Source: Malacoraja senta (lineage: Eukaryota). Taken from it: 64,000 nucleotides of DNA. The stretch's first letter is position 1. The number at the start of each line of letters is the position of its first letter. Positions 13,920-26,319 of this stretch are shown here, piece by piece. The stretch lies in NCBI GenBank assembly GCA_038087875.1, contig CM075995.1, positions 3,226,001 through 3,290,000 of the forward strand, read 5' to 3'. The notes beneath the pieces are model-generated. The model was not told the DNA's origin and ran no database searches. It worked only from the letters and a program-made list of their open reading frames with translations. The translations under genes were made by a program, and so were the position numbers.

Positions 13920-14651
13920 GAATTCCACAGATTCAAACAATCTGTATAAAGAAATTCCTCTCATCTCCTTTCTAAAGGTACGTCCTTTTATTCTGAGGCT
14001 ATGACCACTGGTCCTGGGCTCCGCCACCAGTGGAAACATCCTTTCCACATCCACTCTATCCAGGCATTTCACTATTTGGTAATTTTTAATTTAATGTGTC
14101 CCTCTCATCTGCCCAAAATGTCTGAATCTGCAGTTTCTTGTGTCTGTGGTGCATTGTTTTGCTTTTATTACTGTTGAGATTAGATTTTGGAAAGCCCTAT
14201 CCTATAACCCAGTAAGAATACCTTCACCAGGAGCTCAGCAGTGGCTCAATAAGGTGGCTCACTGATACTTTCTGAAGGGCAATTAAGCATGGTCCATAAA
14301 CCTTTCAGTGACATGCAAGCTCAGCAAATTATTTTATTTTTAGAAAGTAAAACAAACATGTACTGAGGTCGAATGCTTATACTAAGCCTTCAAATAGGTT
14401 TCTCTTGGAATTCTTAACAACAAGCTATCTTCACTCTAATGATAGACGAAAAATGTTGCGGTAGCTCAGCGGGACAGGTAGCATCTATGGGGAGAAGGAA
14501 TAGGTGACGTATCGGGTCGAGACCCTTATTCAGACCCATTCCTTCTCTCCAGAGATGCTGCCTGTCCCGCTGAGTTATTCCCGCATTTTGTGTCTATCTT
14601 CGATTTAAACCAGCATCTGCAATTCTTTCCCACATATATTCACTCTGAGTT

Positions 14652-14952
14652 CAGTTTAGTTTAGTTTAGAGATACGGCCTGGAAACAGACCCCTTGGCCA
14701 ACCGAGTCCGCGCCGATCAGCGATCACCCCATACATGAGCACGAACACTAGTGTAAATTTACGATCTTTACCAAAGCCAATTAACCTGCAAACCTGTACG
14801 TCTTTGGAGTGTGGGAGGAAACCGGAGCACCCGAGGAAAACCCACGCGGTCACGGGGAGAACGTACAAACTCCGTACAGACAGCGCCCCTAGTCAGGATC
14901 GAACCTGGGTCTCTGGCGCTCTAAGGCAGCAACTCTGCCACTGTGCCACTGT
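14652..14952 (-). mobile_element. HE1-like SINE
   Basis: Same consensus. Confidence 0.88.
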
Positions 14953-15534
14953 GTACCGCCCCACTGCACCATCGTGCTGCCCTCAAGTTATTGTGTAATG
15001 CAAAGATTTAGATAGCTGTTGTGCTTTTTAATTTGCTTCAAGCCTCTGTTTCATGTATTTTTTACAAGATTAGAAAAATATTTTAATTACAGAGTAATTA
15101 ATCTCTCTCAGTGCTGGGAAATAAAATTTAATTTCAGTTTATTAAGAGTTAACCAGACCAGAATATGTAGCTGTAATTTAATCCACATCATAAATTACTG
15201 GTGTTTATGGCATATTCGCTGATGAAAATATATTCCATCTTCTTAGTTGTCCATAGCCTTGAAATTTCAGGCTTTGTTTATAGTTTCAGTTTTAGAGATA
15301 CAGCGTAGAAACAGGCTCTTCGGCCCACCGGGTCCGCGCCAATCAGTCAACCCGGGTCTCTGGTGCTGTAAGGCAGCAACTCTACCGCTGCGCCACTGGT
15401 TCACCCATGCTATTGATTAATCTTCATCATATTTTCAGATGCTTTCAGCCCGTTCTGCCCCATTATTTGGAGAGGGATACAGAAGAGGTTTATCAGAATC
15501 CTGCCCGGATTATAGGGAGTACCTGAAAGGAGAG

Positions 15535-15900
15535 TGTAGGAAAGAATTGCAGATGCTGCTTTAAATCGAAGGTAGACACAAAATACTGGAGTAACTCAGC
15601 GGGTCAGGCAGCATCCCCTGGAGAGAAGGAATGGTTGATGTTTCGGGTCGAGACCCTTCTCCAGACTGATGTCAGGGGAGTGGGTGGTACAGAGATAAAA
15701 TGTAGTCGGAGACAGAAAGACTGGTGGGAGAACTGGGTGGGGGGGGGGGGGGGGTGGATGGAGAGTGAAGGAAAGCAAGGGCTACTTGACGTTAGAGAAG
15801 TCAATGTTCATACTGCTGGGGTGTAAGCTGCCCAAGCGAAATATGAGGTGCAGTTCCTCCAATTTGCTCTGACAATGGAGGAGGCTCAGGATGGAAAGGC
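15535..15900 (-). mobile_element. Penelope-like element 3' fragment
   Basis: LLHCQSKLEELHLIFRLGSLHPSSMNIDFSN followed by the same terminal repeat. Confidence 0.8.
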
Positions 15901-16067
15901 CTAAAAGGAGAGGTTGGGCAAAGTGGGAGAAATGTGTGTGCACTGTGGTCTGATAGAGACAGGGGGGAGAAACCATGAATCTGAGTAGTGGTTTCCCTCA
16001 GTGTGGATCTTTTGGAAATCTGAGGCTCTTATCAACCTGTGTATGGAGAGGATTTTGTGAGGATTAG

Positions 16068-16384
16068 GGTGACACGGTGGCGGAGCGGTAAAGTTGCTGC
16101 CTTACAGCGCCAGTAGACCCGGGTTCGATCCTGACTACGGGTGCTGTCTGTGCGGAGTTTGTACGTTCTCACCGTGACAGCCTGGGATTTCTCCAAAATC
16201 TTCGGTTTCCTCCCACACTCCAAGGACGCACAGGTTTGTGGGTTAATTTGCTTGGTACAAGTGTAAAGTGTCCCTAGCGTGTGTCGGGAAGTGTTAAAGT
16301 GCGGGGATCGCTGGTCGGTGCGGACTCGGTGGGCCGAAGGGCCTGTTTCCGCGCTGTAACCCCAAACTAAACTAAACTAAACTG
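16068..16384 (+). mobile_element. tRNA-derived SINE (HE1/V-SINE-like), representative full copy
   Basis: A box TGGCGGAGCGG, B box GGTTCGATCC, core GTACGTTCTC...TTCCTCCCACACTCCAA, CR1-like 3' tail GGGCCGAAGGGCCTGTTTCC and (TAAAC)n. Roughly 20 full or partial copies in the window. Confidence 0.9.
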
Positions 16385-18683
16385 AGATAAAATTTCCCCA
16401 CGCGTTTCTAATGTTTTAGATATGGTTATTTAGTCTGTTTTTCATTGGAAAATTCTGCAATTTCAAAGGAAATAGAGAATATTAGAATATTTTGCTCTCC
16501 TCATAATTGCAAATATGTGGAACTGATTTCCATGAAAGGTAGTTAATCTTGTCTCGAGAGTTGGCCGAACGTTTGGCGAGGAGTAGTTTTTGATGCAACT
16601 TGCAGCAAAGTTAAGGAGGAAAAACTGAAGGGAAATGAAATTATATACAAGGATATTTCAAAAGTACACCATGTGCAGCACGGTGTTTAATTTGTAAAGC
16701 AAAATATGTTTAAAAATCCGTGGGTATGTTGGTTCAATCAAAAACAATTACTTAGTCTCCAAGAAAGATTATGGGCTTCAAAATGATTTCAAACAAAATT
16801 ATGTTGTCAAACACACAAAGACATCAGTCAGAATTCTTCCCGTTTTAAATACTGAAAGAAAATCATTGTTGGCTTGCTGTTTTGCAGTAGAAATCCACCG
16901 AAACCAGGCTGTTAATAAACTCCAGCATTTGTCTTTCCATATACATGAGTAAAAATATTCCACTCAGATTATGTGCTGTTTATATAAAACATGTTTCATG
17001 TGTTTAAACAGGCCCAACCTGCAAAAACCTGCGGGCCACTGGTCTAGATTATAACCTGGAAGATATGAAGCATAGAAAATGCAGGTTAATTCATCCAAGA
17101 GTTTTATTTCAAAGTCTCACTGCTGCGAAATTCTTTAGCGCTTGAGTTCAGAGGTGGAGTGAGCTGTAGAGCTGGTCTGGAAATCTAAAAGCACTACTCA
17201 ATATCTCTCCCGGGTGTGTCCCACTTTTGTGAAGGATGACATGTAAGTCTGTAGAAGGGTCTCGACCTGAAATGTCACCCATTCCTTCTCTCCAGAGATG
17301 TTGCCTGTACCGCTGAGTTACTCCAGCTTTTTGTGTCTACCTTCTTTTTGACATGTAAGTTTAGTTTAGTTTAGTTCAGTGATATAGCGCGAAGCAGGCC
17401 CTTCGGCCCACCGAGTCCACGTCGACCAGCGATCCCCATACTATCATATATGCTATATACCTATATCCTATGCACTAGCGTGGGTTTTCACCGAGTGCTC
17501 CACACTCTAAAGACGCACAGGTTTGTAGGTTAAATGGCTTTGGTAGAAATTGTAAATTGTTCTTAGTGTGTAGTGTAGTGAACCGAATTTGATAAGGGAA
17601 CGCGAGGTAAAGGAGCCATTAGGAGGTAGTGACCATAACATGGTGTTTTAATCTACAATTGGAGAGGGAGAAGATAAAATTGGAAGTGTCAGAATTACAG
17701 TTGAACAAAGGGGACTATGGAGCTATGATGGAGGAGCTGGACAAAGTTGACTATAAAGAGACCCTAGGAGTGATCACATTGGAACAACAATGGCAGGTAT
17801 TTCTGAGAATAATACAGAAGGAGCAGGATCAATTCATTCCAAAGAGGAAGAAAGATTCTAGGGGGAGCAAGAGGCGACCGTGGCTGACAAGGGAAGTCAA
17901 GGACAGTATACAAATAAAAGAGAAGTAGAATAACATAGCAAAGATGAGCGGGAAGCCAGAGGATTGGGAAACTTTTAAAGAGCAATAGAAGATAACTAAA
18001 AAGGCAATACGGGGAGAAGAGATGAGGTACAAAGGTAAGCTAGCCAAGAATATAAAGGAGGATAGTAAAAGCTTCTTTAGGTATGTGAAGAGGAAAAAAA
18101 TAGTTAATTATGTATTATGGGGAACAAGGAACTAGCAGATGAGTTGAACAGGCACTATGGATCTGTCTTCACTGAGGAAGACACAAACAATCTCCCAGAT
18201 ATACTACAGGCCAGAGGACCTACGGTGACGGAGGCACTGAAGGAAATTCACATTAGGCAGGTAATGGTGTTGGGTAGACTGATGCGATTGAAGGCTGATA
18301 AATGTGCAGGCCCTCATGGTCTGCATCCCAGGTTACTTAAGGAAGTGGCTCTAGAAATCGTGGACGCATTGGTGATTATTTTCCAATGTTCTATAGATTC
18401 AGTATCAGTTCCTGTGGATTGGAGGGTAGCTAATGTTATCCCACTCTTTAAGAAAGGAGGGAGAGAGAAACTGGGAATTTTACTTCGGAGTCACGTGAGT
18501 GACTACGTGAAGAGCCCGTCCAGCACGCATGCGCGACATTAGCGTTCACGCAGTGCAACAGCGACGACCGGGAGTACAGGTGCTCCCGCTACAAGTTTAA
18601 AAAGCGGACCATCAGGTAAGTTCTTACTCTGAGGTCGTAATAGCAAGCTTGCTTTGCTCTGTAATTCCAGGGAAATTCGGAAA

Positions 18684-19891
18684 ATGAGTAAACCACGGCA
18701 AGCAAAGAAAACCGCCCCCGTTCGACTCCAACAGAACGGGAGTGTCTCATCAGTGGGGGGCGAGAGGCGGCACCTGGACCGCATATGCTGCGGCACACCC
18801 TCATCGAGACCGAGCCGATCCCAGTGCCGCTAGCGCAACCTGATGAGCGGCAGCGGGCTGGAGGAAATGTAAGACAAAAAACAAACCGGCCGGTTATGTC
18901 TGACTCCGATGAGGAGGGTCCGCCTGAGAGCGGCAGAGCTAGCCGCCTGAGCCAAATGGAAAGGCTCATGGAGCAACTGCTCCAGCGAGACTTGCTTCGG
19001 GAGCTGGAGCAATCTCGCACAGGGGGATCAGGCACTCCACAGCAGTGCCTTATAATGCACTGGCCATTGCTTCTCCCTCAGATGAGGGCAGCATTGGTGA
19101 CCAGGGCTGGGCTGGTCAGGATCAGGGGTCATTGGCTGAAGATGTCGGGAGTACGCTTGGGGTACAGGATCAGGAAGAGCTGCTGGGTGTGGTGAATCGC
19201 TACGTGGCTACACCACGAGCAGGGCGGCCATTGGAGCCAAAACTGGCGGCCAGCATCAACCACCTGTCCCTCAAACCCCTACAAGACAGGTACTTAATGA
19301 GGCACTAGAACTCTACTCGCCTCCGGAGAACTGCAGTTCGCTTAATGTACCAGCTGTTAACAGCCAAATCTGGGGGTATGTTGGACAGAGTATTCTGAGC
19401 CAGGAGATAAAATTACAATGCATCCTCAAGCTCCTGACAACAGGGATAACATCCTATGCTCGTTCCGTGGATGGGGTGGATATGACCACAAACCAGCAAG
19501 ACACTCTGGCTCTGCTGTGCAACACCCAATAGGAGATCAACAACCTCCGCAAGGAGATAATAAGACCTGCCCTCAATCCCAGGTATGCAGGACTGTGCAA
19601 AACACCGGCCTCAGAGCCACAGATCCTGTTATTCGGGAAGGACTTAACAAAACAGGTAAAAGACCTGGAGGAAGAGACCAAAGCATTTGGCCTCATGAGG
19701 GCAGGCCCGGAACGAGCAGACCCACACAACCCAGACGGCAGTACCCCACCGCGTCCACCAGTCGAAGACAAACATTCCGGACTGGTGAAAGCTCGGGGTC
19801 CGCATTCTATCCCCGAAAGCCTTTTTTAGGCCAGGGCCCAGAGCGGACCCCATGGAAAATGCGCCACCCCCAACCAACAGGCATCCAGTAG
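18684..19891 (+). pseudogene. DIRS gag-like ORF1, frameshifted
   Basis: Overlapping ORF fragments (18785, 19045, 19418) between the left ITR and RT; assigned mainly by position. Confidence 0.6.
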
Positions 19892-19939
19892 TACAAAGGT
19901 GGATGAAGAAACAGAAGCAATGAACACTCCCATAACTAT

Positions 19940-21870
19940 GGAGGTAGGTGGGTCTGGTTCCTACCAGCATATAAAAAGTGGGGGACTGTACTAACAGGGG
20001 GGAGATTACACCTGTTCATTGACGCATGGAGGTGTCTCACGAATGATAGTTATATACTTAACAGTATTCGGGGATACAAAATAGAGTTCATTCAAGAAAA
20101 CATGCCACCAGTTCAGCACGTTCCCCAAAGGGTCTTTACCCTCTCAGTCAAAGAGAAACTAGAGGCTCAAGCAGAACTGGTGAGCGTACTTACAAAGGGT
20201 GTCATTGAGAAATCCAAACATGAACCTTTGGAATTTGTCTCAAATATATTTACATAAAGCAAAAAAGATGGTGGATGTCGCATCATCATTGACTTAACCT
20301 CCCTAAATACCTTTGTTAAGTATGTACATTTCAAAATGGAAACATTTGTAACTGCCAAACAACTGATTTCAAAAGGATACTTTATGGCAAGCATTGATTT
20401 AAAAGATGCCTACTATTCAGTACCCATTCATAAGGGTCATCGGAGATACTTAAAATTTACCTGGATGGGGCAACTATGGCAGTTTAAGCGTTGCCTAATG
20501 GGTTAACATCAGCCCCATGACTATTTACCAAGATATTAAAACCAGCCTTGGCAACATTAAGAGAACAAAGACATATTGTCATGGCATATCTTGATGATAT
20601 ACTAATAGTAGGCAAAACCATGGAGTTGGCTAAATCAGCTGTATTAGCTACCAAACAATTGTTTGAAACCCTGGGTTTGTCATACATCCAGATAAATCTA
20701 AGTTGACGCCATCCACAACTATGGACTATCTGGGATTCACAATTAACTCAGTCCACATGTCTGTAACGTTGCCAAAAGGTAAAGCAGCACAATTGGCACA
20801 GACGTGCAACAATTTAATGGTTAGCAATCGACCAACCATCCGACAAGTGGCAAGAGTAATTGGCAAAATGGTAGCAGCATTTCCAGCTACACAATTTGGA
20901 CCCCTGCACTATCAAAACCTACAAAGGGCAAAAGTACAGGCGTTGAAACGACATGCAGGTCACTTTGACCGAACCATGAAATTACCCATTGAAGCAATAT
21001 CAGAGTTACAGTGGTGGATATAACACATTTGGCATAGTTCCAGTCCTATCATCATCAATAACCCAACGTTAACTATACAACCAGATGCCAGTGCTCAAGG
21101 CTGGGGAGCGACTAATACCATATCCAGCACAGGTGGTAGATGGACTAACCTAGAATCATCTTTACTACAAACACTGGGCATAAATTACTTGGAAATGTTG
21201 GGTGCGTTTTATGGTTTAAAAGCGTATTCTATCGATATGCACCATTTGCATGTTCGTTTACAAATTGATAATACCACGGTGGTGGCCTATATTAACCATA
21301 TGGGTGGAATAAAATCGATATCATGTGACAATTTGGTCAACCAAATCTGGCAATGGTGTGTCGATAGACATATTTGGCTATCAGCAACTTACCTACCAGG
21401 TAAGCTAAATACAGTGGCAGACACCAGGTCACGCAAATTCAATGATAACATCGAATGGATGTTACATCCTAGAGCTTTTGCAAAAATTATAAAGCAATAT
21501 GGCACACCAGATATCGATCTCTTTGCCTCCCGGCTAAATCACCAGGTACCAATGTATGTCGCTTGGGAACCAGACCCTGAGGCAGCAGCGATAGATGCAT
21601 TCGCGCTGAACTGGGGAAACTATTTCTTTTATGCTTTTTTCCCCCTTCTGCCTCATCAGTAGGGTACTACGCAAAATACAGCTGGACTCTGCGTCAGGTA
21701 TTTTGATAGTACCCGACTGGCCTACACAGCCATGGTTCCCAGTGGTCCTCGACATGGTCATTGAACCTCCTATGACCTTCCCCAGTAGCCCAGACCTATT
21801 GACTCACCTTGTATCAGGCATAAATCATCCATGCCATGACAAAATTACCCTACTGGGTTGCAGGTTATGA
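19940..21870 (+). pseudogene. DIRS RT - RNase H - adenine-methyltransferase-like ORF with stops and frameshifts
   Basis: IDLKDAY, LPNGL, AYLDDIL, YLGF (RT); DASAQGWG, INYLEM, IDNTT, NTVAD (RNase H); DIDLFASRLN...DAF...YAF[PP]F...VPDWPTQPWF (DIRS MTase-like). Confidence 0.9.
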
Positions 21871-22844
21871 AAAGACCACTGCAGGGCCTGGGGTTGTCTG
21901 ACAGGACCATCAACACGATGACAGCGTCCCACCGTATGCCCACCAGGAAACAATACCTATCGAGCATCAGGAAGTGGGAAACATACTGCTCGACTACTGG
22001 GACAACGTACTCATCTGCAACCATAACCAATGTACTGGAGTTCCTGGCTGCCCTTCACCATAATGAAGGATTGAGCTACAGCGCCATCAATATGGCCAGA
22101 AGTTCTCTGTCAGCCTATTTAAAACCAATACCAGGACAACAGGCTATAGGGTCTCACCCGCTGGTGATTAAACTCATGAGGGGTATATTCAACTCTAACC
22201 CTCCTAGACCTAGATACACCCGAATCTGGGATGTCAGTGTGGTCCTGACATACTTAAGGGGATGGTCCCCAGCCAGGACCCTCACTCTGGAACAGCTAAC
22301 CCTGAAAACGGTCATGCTGATGGCACTAGTCTCAGCACAAAGAGTCCAGTCCCTCTACTTACTGCAACTGGACAACATGGTTATAACACCTGACCGGGTC
22401 TCATTCACAATTCAGGAGCTGGTAAAGCAGAGCAGGCCAGGAACTTCAGGCCTAGTTATGGATATCCGGGCATACCCACCTGACAGGCGGTTGTGTGTCA
22501 TGACTCACCTACTGACTTACATCGACACAACAAGCGATTCCCGAGGGAGAGAAAAAGCCTTATGGGTCAGCCACAAACAACCACATGGTCGGGTGTCGAG
22601 CCAAACCATCTCAAGGTGGCTAAAGCAGGTACTGGGGGCTGCTGGAGTGGACACTGACGTATATACATCTCACTCCACTAGGGCAGCATCCACATCGGCG
22701 GCTAAAAGGATGGACGTACCACTGAACCACATCCTGGCTACAGCGGGGTGGTCCACGGAGAAAACATTCCAAACGTTCTACAATAAGCCGCTAGCACAAC
22801 CTGTGTTATTTGCAGACAGAATTTTAGAATCTGCAAATATATAA
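21858..22844 (+). CDS. DIRS tyrosine recombinase, 328 aa, open frame
   Basis: SAQRVQ (catalytic R), HSTR (HxxR), AGWS, TFQTFY (catalytic Y). Confidence 0.92.
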   Translation: MQVMKRPLQGLGLSDRTINTMTASHRMPTRKQYLSSIRKWETYCSTTGTTYSSATITNVLEFLAALHHNEGLSYSAINMARSSLSAYLKPIPGQQAIGSHPLVIKLMRGIFNSNPPRPRYTRIWDVSVVLTYLRGWSPARTLTLEQLTLKTVMLMALVSAQRVQSLYLLQLDNMVITPDRVSFTIQELVKQSRPGTSGLVMDIRAYPPDRRLCVMTHLLTYIDTTSDSRGREKALWVSHKQPHGRVSSQTISRWLKQVLGAAGVDTDVYTSHSTRAASTSAAKRMDVPLNHILATAGWSTEKTFQTFYNKPLAQPVLFADRILESANI

Positions 22845-23011
22845 TTTAAGCCCGGGGGTGCATTTTGTCTTTAGTTATTGTTTAATAAATACCATTATTG
22901 TTTACAAACAGATTTATGGTTGATTACGATAACATACTTCCTCCCTTGAAACACTTCGGCAGCGAGTGAAGTATGAACTGTTACACGGTTTGAAATCACA
23001 GAGCTTTGAAG

Positions 23012-23124
23012 TCTTCACGTAGTCACTCACGTGACTCCGAAGTAAAATAGTAAGATTAAACGAGAACTTACCAGTTTGAAGTTTGATCTGTATTTTATGA
23101 GGAGTTACGATGAGGGATTACGTG
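23012..23124 (+). repeat. DIRS internal complementary region (ICR)
   Basis: 23012-23048 is the exact reverse complement of 18477-18513; the remainder is the reverse complement of 23270-23348 with one mismatch seen. Confidence 0.95.
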
Positions 23125-25401
23125 CCCTCTGCTCCCACCCTCAAATATAGAGATCAACAGGTATCTTAGTTCTCCTTTTCTTTACTATGTTTATTTCAAT
23201 TGTTGTGTTTCCTGTGATTCCACACCGCTGCTTTGAAGAATGTCGCGCATGCGTGCTGGACGGGCTCTTCACGTAATCCCTCATCGTAACTCCTCATAAA
23301 ATACAGATCAAACTTCAAACTGGTATGTTCTCGTTTAATCTTACTATTATAGATCAGTTAACCTGACATCGGTGATGGGGAAGATGCTGGAGTCAATTAT
23401 AAAAGGTGAAATAGCGGCACATTTGGATAGCAGTTACAGGATCGGTCCAAGTCAGCATGGATTTATGAAGGGGAAATCATGCTTGACTAATCTTCTGACA
23501 TTTTTTGAGGATGTAACTAGGGAAATGGACAAGGGAGAGGCAGTGGATGTGGTGTACCTGGACTTTCAGAAAGCCTTTAATAGGGGCCCACATAGGAGAT
23601 TAGTGGGCAAAATTAGAGCACATGGTATTGGGTATATGGTTCTGACATGGATAGAAAATTGGTTGGCAGATAGGAAACAAAGAGTAGGGATTAACGGGTC
23701 CCTTTCAGAATGGCAGGCAATGACTAGTGGGGTACCGCAAGGATCGATGCTGGGACCGCAGCTATTTACAATATACATTAATGATTTAGATGAAGTATTA
23801 TAAGTAACATAAGTAAATTAGCAGATGACACAAAGCTGGGTGGCAGGAGGATGCTATGAGGATGCAGGGTGACTTGGACAGGTTGGGTGAGTGGGCAGAT
23901 GCATGGCAGATGCATGGCAGATGCAGTTTAATGTGGATAAATGTGAGGTTATCCACTTTGGTGGCAAGAACAGGAAGGCAGATTATTATCTGAATGGTGT
24001 CAAGTTAGGAAAAGGGGAAGTACAACGAGATCTGGGTGTCCTTGTTCATCGGTCACTGAAAGTAAGCATGCAGGTTCAGCAGGCAGTGAAGAAAGCGAAT
24101 GGCATGTTGGCCTTCATAACAAAAGGAGTTGAGTGTAGGAGCAAAGAGGTCCTACGGCAGTTGTACAGGGCTCTAGTGAGACCAAACCTGGAGTATTGTG
24201 TGCAGGATTCATCTCCAAATTTGAGGAAGGACATTCTTGCTATTGAGGGAGTGCCAGAGGAGGTGGGTTCACGAGTTAATTCCCGGGATGGCAGGACTGT
24301 CATATGTTGAAAGAATGGAGAGACTGGGCTTGTATTCACTGGAATTTAGAAGGATGAAAGGGGATCTTATTGAAACATAAGATTATTAAGGGATTGGACA
24401 CGGTAGAGGCAGGAAACATGTTCCCGATGTTGGGGGAGTGCAGAACCAAGGGCCACAGTTTAACAAACATTTTCACCCAGAGAGTTGTGAATCTGTGGAA
24501 TTCTCTGCCTCAGAAGGCAGTGGAGGCCAATTCTCTTGATGCTTTCAAGAGAGAGTTGGATAGAGCTCTTAAAGATAGAGGAGTCAAGGGATATGGGGAG
24601 AAGGCAGGAACGGAGTACTGATTGTGGATGATCAGCCATGATCACAGTGAATGTAGGTGCTGGCTCTAAGGGCCTAATGGCCTATTGTCTATTGTCTATA
24701 GTGATCGTTGGTCGGTGTGGACTCGGTGGGACGAAGGTCCTGTTTCCACGTTGTATCTCTAAATGAGACTTTTAGCCCAGAGTAGGGGAATCAAGGACTA
24801 GAGGACATAGGTTCAAGGTGAAGGGGAAAAGATTTAACAGGAATCCGAGGGGTAACATTTTCACACAAAGGGTGGTGGGTGGTGGGTGTATGGAACAAAC
24901 TGCCAGAGGAGGTAGTTGAGACTGGAACTATCCCATCGTTTAAGAAATAATTAGACTGCTACATGGACAGGACAGGTTTGGAGGGATATGGACCAATCGC
25001 AGGCAGGTGGGACTAGTGTAGCTGGGACATTGTTGGCCAGTGTGGGTGAGTTGGGCCGATGGGCCTGTTTCCACACTGTATCACTCTGTGATATCATGAC
25101 TATGAGACTAAAATGAGTCACCAGCCCTGAACACAACAGCATGGGATCCCATACATGCCCCAACATCATGGAAACGGTGTCCAGGCACCCACTATAATCA
25201 CCCACTATAATCCAGAGGTCCTGGAAGGACCTGGAAGTAAAAAATTACAGCCTTGCTGCATCGTAATTTTCCATAATATTTAATATTTTAAATTGAATTA
25301 TATTATATATCACACATAAGTGCCAGATTGTATTGTAAAAAGTAAGAAATCACTGTTGTAATGTATGAAACATGGCAGTCAATATGCACATCACACAATC
25401 T

Positions 25402-25601
25402 NNNNNNNNNNNNNNNNNNNNNNNNNNNNNNNNNNNNNNNNNNNNNNNNNNNNNNNNNNNNNNNNNNNNNNNNNNNNNNNNNNNNNNNNNNNNNNNNNNN
25501 NNNNNNNNNNNNNNNNNNNNNNNNNNNNNNNNNNNNNNNNNNNNNNNNNNNNNNNNNNNNNNNNNNNNNNNNNNNNNNNNNNNNNNNNNNNNNNNNNNNN
25601 N
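25402..25601. other. Assembly gap (200 N)
   Basis: N run. Confidence 1.
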
Positions 25602-26319
25602 GTTCTCCCCGTGACCAGGTGATTTTTTTCCGGGATCTTCGGTTTCCTCCCACGCTCCAAAAACGTACAGGTTTGTAGGTTGAATGGTTTGGTCAAATTG
25701 TAAATTGTCCCTAGTGTGTGTAGGAGAGTGTTAGTGCGCGGGGATCGCTGGTCGGCGCGGACTCGGAGGGCCGAAGCATCTGTTTCTGTGCTGTATCTCT
25801 AAAACTAAATCTAAACCCCAAAAAACTTTACCCAGAAGAGGACGCCTCCAGCACCCTATTAATATTGTGAGACGTATCAGTCCAAATTTTCTGTTTGTCT
25901 CTAACCTATAAAACTATCTTCAGGTTAATAAGGAATAAGTTTAAAGCAGTTGAATAATGATCACGTTTTCCCAGCCAAACGCGTCGAAGAGAAAACATTT
26001 GCACAAACCGTCGCAGTGAAAATGTGGACAATCTGGTACAGATTTGGCTGCGAAGTTCAAATCAGCCGCGAGGTCGGCCGATGTGGAAAATAGGGGCATA
26101 AGTCATACTGGGTTGCGATCGCAAGCTGTATCCTGAGATGCAGTTTAAAGCTTATTGCTGGGGACCCAACAAATAGTGTTACTCTCGGCCTCACGTGAGC
26201 GTTTGAATAGGGCAGGAGACAATTCCCCAGCACTGACATCATTCAACTCAACCATAATAACACTTGCTGAAAATGAGATGAAAATATAGCGGGTGAAACA
26301 TACGAGGGAAGGTAGTGGC

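Larger units (their letters stand above)
18477..23348 (+). mobile_element. DIRS1-like tyrosine-recombinase retrotransposon, full length, gag and pol disrupted
   Basis: 37-bp inverted repeat 18504-18540 / 23239-23275; ICR 23012-23124 complementary to both termini; gag-like, RT/RNase H/methyltransferase and YR coding regions; splits a CR1 ORF2. Confidence 0.95.
17581..24698 (+). mobile_element. CR1 LINE ORF2 (5'-truncated, degenerate), interrupted by the DIRS
   Basis: GPHGLHP...DWRVANVIPLFKKG before the [46 protein letters not shown] after it; (CTATTGT)n tail. Flanked by the two halves of a SINE. Confidence 0.92.

Noticed and set aside
16068..16150. tRNA genes
   Set aside because: The A and B boxes are SINE heads continuing into the SINE core and tail.
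21858..22844. Phage integrase or bacterial contamination
   Set aside because: Sits with RT/RNase H inside ITR/ICR termini, so it is a DIRS retrotransposon.
25303..25696. ORFs containing X runs (also 49378-49724)
   Set aside because: Artefacts of N gaps.
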